The notes beneath the pieces are model-generated. The model did not search any database, was not told the origin of the DNA, and worked only from the letters and a program-made list of their open reading frames with translations. Of a DNA stretch of 22,360 nt, positions 18,306-22,360 are shown piece by piece. The DNA is taken from assembly GCA_029932605.1 (NCBI GenBank), contig JAOZPT010000042.1, positions 1 to 22,360 of the forward strand. Reading direction: 5' to 3'. Position 1 is the stretch's first letter. The number at the start of each line of letters is the position of its first letter. Both the position numbers and the translations under genes were made by a program. This DNA is from Candidatus Zixiibacteriota bacterium. GTDB lineage: Bacteria; Zixibacteria; MSB-5A5; UBA10806; 4484-95.

Positions 18306-21300
18306 TTATCGCTTAATATCGTTACCAGAATTTTCATTATGAATTACGGGATTTATATCACCGTTTTTTCCAAGCGATACTATACCAACAGGAGGTGTCC
18401 AAGGGCACCACAATATTGAAGTTTGATATCCCTTGAAATAAGAGACAAGGAAAGTAATATCTGAACCTCTGAATTCACAATCGCCGTTAACATCACCACC
18501 AGAATACAGCCATGACCCATTCGTTTCATTCCAACATGAATCTGGTGGGTTGGGCCCTAAGCCTTTAAAATAGCGTACACCATAAGTGACATCGTTGCCC
18601 ATAACCGAACCATCACTGTTGATATCGCCAGGGACGTAGTCACAATAGTTTGCCTCAGCAAAAAGCATTAAACTAAACTGCTCAAAAAGAGGATAATTTA
18701 TTCTTCCCAGAGTATCAGTAGCATAAGATGTACCAAGAGGAGTATTGATTCCTGGACCAAAACATTGAACCGTATCACCTATTAAAAGCGGGTCATCAAC
18801 GGTCTTAACGATAAATCTCATGACTCTTATCGGGGTTTCGGAATGGAGCCAGGGATTTGGCGCACCTCCTAAATCAGCCCAGCCCAAGAATGATTGGCTC
18901 GACCAACCGGTTGAATTTGGTGGAGAACCCTGAGGCTCCATGAAACTGGCATCGTCCCACTCAGTAAGTGGATAGTATAATTCTCCTTCAACATCACTCA
19001 ACAAACTGTCGATATACTGATCATCTGTCCCCAGGCAGAGATGCATATCTGCTATATAAGTATTCCCTGAGGTTTGAACATATACATTAACCCCTACTCT
19101 TTGATTTACGAATCCAAAAATTGGGACATCAGAAGTATTGCCATACCAGATGAAAACACCTCCGTAGCTATAGCTGATGGCATAAGATGTATCGTTGCTG
19201 TTATTCTGGTCACCGCTAAGAGTTGTATATGAAATCAGGTCATAATCAGTCCCAAATTCAGGAACAAAGTTTTCGGAGAAAGTAACTGTATCAACGCTGG
19301 TTGCGGGCATATTATTAACTGTAGTAGTATCGGTAAGCTCAATACTAGGTGAACCTGAAGCTCGTATTTCGAATATGACATTGAATGATTGAGGGTTGGT
19401 CCCATAATTAGAAATCTCTACTTCAAGTGGATAACTTTCGCCCATCTGTATCGAATCAGGGGGGCTGAGAATAGCTGAAACACCAACATCGGCTCCAGGA
19501 AGCGGTTGCAATGCAACGTCCAATGTAGTGTTTTCATTCGTATTGACAATAATACCATAAATCGTGGTATCATAGTATTCGGGATGGGATAAAAAGACAT
19601 CATATGAGCCAGCTTCAAGACCAGAAAGCAGATATTCCCCATTAATATCAGTATAATCATTAGACGAAGTATTCAAGGCCTCAACATAAACCCCATTAAC
19701 GGGGTTTGAGGTTTCAGCATTGGTTACTTCACCGGAAATTGATCCAAGATACTCCAAAACAGTAGCTTCAGATTCATAGGGTAGGAAGTTATGTTTGGTT
19801 ACAGTTACATACATGATACCGGGTGTGGTCGGAGATGGATTAAAAGTGATATCGCCACTGCTATTTGTATATCCAGTAAGATACACTTCATCACCTTTCC
19901 ATAAACATACATAGGCACTATACACATCGTCTCCGCCGACTTCCTCGACATGCACAGTAAAAGATGAAGGTGCTGGTGGTAAATTATCGGGATGTGAAAC
20001 AACAAGACTTTCTGGTGTATCTGTCCAGATAGGCATTGATGGTTCACCTAAAAGGTTAAATGTCCACTCACAATGTCTTTTTATATTTACATCTGGAGAA
20101 CCTGTACTAAAATGGTGTTTACTATCTATAATCGTTTGACCGAGGATAAATTTACTTCGATTAAATAATCCATTCCACCATTCTTTATCAAGCTTTCCAG
20201 AAAGTTCCTCGGGGTAGCCAACATAGTAAATACCATTACGCGTATTACCATTGAAGGCAACCCCTGCCTGGTTAGAATTATAGACGACAAAATGCTCAGA
20301 AATGCAATCGCTATAATGGTCAACCTTATTTACCAAACACGCAAGGGAAACCACTATGGATAACTGGCCATTGTTGTAGAGTCCATCCACATCGGAATTA
20401 TCAATTCCCCAGCCGTGATTATAATCACCAGTACCCATAACATTCCATTCACCATGGTCTGCATGATTTACCAAATTCTGACCCGCATTAAGAGCATTAA
20501 TAACATCAGCCGTATGGTAACCACCATAGCTATCATAAACTTTGGTTACATTAAATCTCGAGGGTATATAACCGTCAATCGTCTCTTTCAGATATTCACA
20601 ATGTGTATAAGAGTCCACATCCATTCCAATAAGAAGTATATCAAGAGGATATCCCGAGATGGGAGGATTCTTTTCATAATGGATAACTTTATCGATAAAA
20701 AGATTGATTTGTGAAGAATTATCAGCTGTTACCCTCCCTACGAAAACTTCGTGATACCAGTCACTATCATAGTCTGAATAGTATTGGTCGCTTGGTGTGC
20801 TTTCTTCATAATAGGTCATATACTTAAACGGTACAGTACCGTTTTCACCTGCTAACAAGAAATACTGTGTACCCCAATTATTATGAGCATCAATAATAAA
20901 GTTGCGAATCTTTTGTTGATTATCTGTCCCGGAATAATTACTATAAATATAGCTTGTTGTCACCACTACATCTCTAAGTCCTCGTTTCGTGTGCCATTCC
21001 ACCAAGTCATCATAATAGGATTCATATGAGGTTGATGTAATAATCACATGATCGTAAGGGCCACCGGGTGGAAGGTCTGTAACCACTGGCGCTCCTGTAA
21101 CATCTGTATTTAATACGACATCCTCAGGATTTATCACCATATCCTTAATCATTTTTTCATATGTCGCTATACCATTTTCAGTGATGCTTCTTGGAAGATA
21201 ATCACCACAGACATACCCATCCACGCCACTGATAGCTACGGTCATAGATGTATATAGAATAAGTTTCTTTTCAAGGGGAATATACTGCAATGGAAATAAC

Positions 21301-21791
21301 TGAATAGTGGCTATACTCTGACCAGCAATATCTCCCTGGTCAATAAATGTCGCTAAATCAGTTGGGTATGGTTGAGACGATTTATATACTTGGGAATCGG
21401 GTTCTGTGAAATCTATGTTATCTTTTGCTTTGACATATCTGCGAGGTGGCTGAGCTGGAAAAACCATATATTCACCTGGGATTTCTACGCTTTGTGTGTC
21501 GATAACTTTTACTCCTGTTACGGCTATTCCAGACGGCATCGCTCTACGCAGGCATTTTGTTGGTAACATTGGCTTTCCAAGTTCAGCAAAGTAATCAGCA
21601 TCTTTCATTCTCAAAATATCATACCCGTTAAGCTTATCAAACATTATTTCCGTTTCACTGAATTCAACAGTTATGGTAACTTTGTAAGTATTCTCTTTGT
21701 CTTGATTAGTTTGTTCAGCATTAACAGAATTTGACATTAAAATTGCCAATGAGACAAATATACTTACCAAAAATATTACTTTCCCCTTCAT
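18306..21791 (-). CDS. Secreted gingipain-like cysteine peptidase (family C25), multidomain, with a C-terminal dockerin-like module
   Basis: 1161 aa. Signal peptide, C25 propeptide (GKPMLP...IQLFPLQY), C25 core (VIIT...WHTKRG, IRNFI..A, SDQYY, VGRV, catalytic His in NHADHG, Cys in SLAC, NLLGEP), Ig-like domain, carboxypeptidase-regulatory-like domain (GSISGEVT...TDINGEY...GSYDV), CARDB-like domain, a beta-rich domain, and dockerin at about 18390-18640. GAGGA RBS. Confidence 0.9.
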   Translation of the reverse strand: MKGKVIFLVSIFVSLAILMSNSVNAEQTNQDKENTYKVTITVEFSETEIMFDKLNGYDILRMKDADYFAELGKPMLPTKCLRRAMPSGIAVTGVKVIDTQSVEIPGEYMVFPAQPPRRYVKAKDNIDFTEPDSQVYKSSQPYPTDLATFIDQGDIAGQSIATIQLFPLQYIPLEKKLILYTSMTVAISGVDGYVCGDYLPRSITENGIATYEKMIKDMVINPEDVVLNTDVTGAPVVTDLPPGGPYDHVIITSTSYESYYDDLVEWHTKRGLRDVVVTTSYIYSNYSGTDNQQKIRNFIIDAHNNWGTQYFLLAGENGTVPFKYMTYYEESTPSDQYYSDYDSDWYHEVFVGRVTADNSSQINLFIDKVIHYEKNPPISGYPLDILLIGMDVDSYTHCEYLKETIDGYIPSRFNVTKVYDSYGGYHTADVINALNAGQNLVNHADHGEWNVMGTGDYNHGWGIDNSDVDGLYNNGQLSIVVSLACLVNKVDHYSDCISEHFVVYNSNQAGVAFNGNTRNGIYYVGYPEELSGKLDKEWWNGLFNRSKFILGQTIIDSKHHFSTGSPDVNIKRHCEWTFNLLGEPSMPIWTDTPESLVVSHPDNLPPAPSSFTVHVEEVGGDDVYSAYVCLWKGDEVYLTGYTNSSGDITFNPSPTTPGIMYVTVTKHNFLPYESEATVLEYLGSISGEVTNAETSNPVNGVYVEALNTSSNDYTDINGEYLLSGLEAGSYDVFLSHPEYYDTTIYGIIVNTNENTTLDVALQPLPGADVGVSAILSPPDSIQMGESYPLEVEISNYGTNPQSFNVIFEIRASGSPSIELTDTTTVNNMPATSVDTVTFSENFVPEFGTDYDLISYTTLSGDQNNSNDTSYAISYSYGGVFIWYGNTSDVPIFGFVNQRVGVNVYVQTSGNTYIADMHLCLGTDDQYIDSLLSDVEGELYYPLTEWDDASFMEPQGSPPNSTGWSSQSFLGWADLGGAPNPWLHSETPIRVMRFIVKTVDDPLLIGDTVQCFGPGINTPLGTSYATDTLGRINYPLFEQFSLMLFAEANYCDYVPGDINSDGSVMGNDVTYGVRYFKGLGPNPPDSCWNETNGSWLYSGGDVNGDCEFRGSDITFLVSYFKGYQTSILWCPWTPPVGIVSLGKNGDINPVIHNENSGNDIKR

Positions 21792-21993
21792 TGCAAATTT
21801 TCCTCCTATGCCTTTTTAGCTAAGAAAATATATTTTCCCTGTAGTTTTCTTTATGTTTTTATTCTAAAGCTCTATATTTATTATATTACTTCCCAAGTCA
21901 TTAACATTAGGTTTTAATACTTCTTATTTTCTTTCAGTCTTTCCATGAATTCGCATGCCGATATCAAATAACATAAAATAATTACATTAAAAC

Positions 21994-22022
21994 CTTATAC
22001 AATAATTGCTGAAGCCAGTCAA
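21994..22022 (-). promoter_or_regulatory. Candidate sigma70-type promoter for the C25 peptidase gene
   Basis: Minus strand TTGACT-17 bp-TATAAG about 200 bp upstream of the start. A second TTGACA lies at 22109-22114. Very AT-rich context. Confidence 0.35.
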
Positions 22023-22242
22023 GTATTAATAGCTTTAATTAGCCCTTTCTTTTAACGTTAACAACTGAAGCCACAACAACTACTTAAATATGTATAAAAT
22101 AATAAATATGTCAAGTCTATTTTATGATATTTTTTAATATCAAAATAAGTTTTTAAGTTACATAATATTATGACTTTAATAAATTACGGTATAATATCAT
22201 AGGTTTGGTAAATCCGAAAAATTAAAGATTTTGATACTAAAT

Positions 22243-22268
22243 AAAAAAGGCCAATGATTGTTATTGGC
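22243..22268 (-). terminator. Intrinsic terminator downstream of tRNA-Ala
   Basis: Minus strand GCCAAT-AACAATC-ATTGGC hairpin followed by CTTTTTT, starting 13 nt after the tRNA 3' end. Confidence 0.6.
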
Positions 22269-22280
22269 GGCACACTATTC

Positions 22281-22353
22281 TGGAGCCGACCGGGATCGAA
22301 CCGGTGACCTTTTGACTGCCAGTCAAACGTTCTCCCAACTGAACTACGGCCCC
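22281..22353 (-). tRNA. tRNA-Ala (anticodon GGC)
   Basis: Reverse complement reads GGGGCCG...CGGCTCC-A with the G3:U70 alanine identity pair, anticodon stem TTTGA/TCAAA with loop CT-GGC-AG, and T-arm ACCGG-TTCGATC-CCGGT. CCA is not encoded. Confidence 0.97.
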
Positions 22354-22360
22354 ATTATTT

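Noticed and set aside
17726..18629. Diversity-generating retroelement TR/VR pair
   Set aside because: Differences between the copies are not adenine-specific (many synonymous C/T changes), both copies are coding, and no reverse transcriptase is present.
113..21566. Many short ORFs antisense or out of frame within the main genes (e.g. 113-454, 916-1215, 3917-4264, 8763-9092, 11356-11652, 17763-18020, 20415-20714)
   Set aside because: They overlap well-supported genes and show no recognisable motifs; treated as shadow ORFs.
14370..22300. Prophage or integrative element at tRNA-Leu or tRNA-Ala
   Set aside because: No integrase, and I found no duplicate of either tRNA 3' end in the window.
1..22360. 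CRISPR array or stop-codon recoding
   Set aside because: No regularly spaced direct repeats. Conserved genes are full length under the standard code and use TAA, TAG and TGA as stops.

Overview
AT-rich bacterial chromosomal window; no integrase, transposase or CRISPR array is visible. The left 14 kb is housekeeping and metabolism: a translationally coupled ilvE-rpiB-glyA operon (-), a TPR protein and leuS (+), a GH57 alpha-glucan hydrolase (-), hbd plus two acyl-CoA dehydrogenases (+), a two-gene 'split' cobalamin-independent methionine synthase (+) and tRNA-Leu(CAA). The right 8 kb lies between two inward-pointing tRNAs (Leu-CAA and Ala-GGC). It holds a FabL-type enoyl-ACP reductase and three secreted proteins: an M14 zinc carboxypeptidase, a gingipain-like C25 cysteine protease, and a truncated beta-propeller repeat protein. 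All three end in the same cysteine-containing dockerin-like tandem Ca-loop module (GDxNGD...GNDVT..V.YFKG / GDxNGxC...GSD(I/V)..(L/I)V.YFKG). This shared tag on peptidases is the best candidate for a poorly described system: a non-cellulosomal, protease-bearing dockerin/cohesin-type assembly or surface-sorting system. From recollection, this dockerin style resembles that of candidate phylum Zixibacteria proteins (inference, not verified). Other points of interest are the archaeal-style split MetE, an apparent in-frame deletion that fuses a propeller repeat directly to the dockerin, a small MITE/REP-like remnant, and a Rex-like box upstream of hbd.
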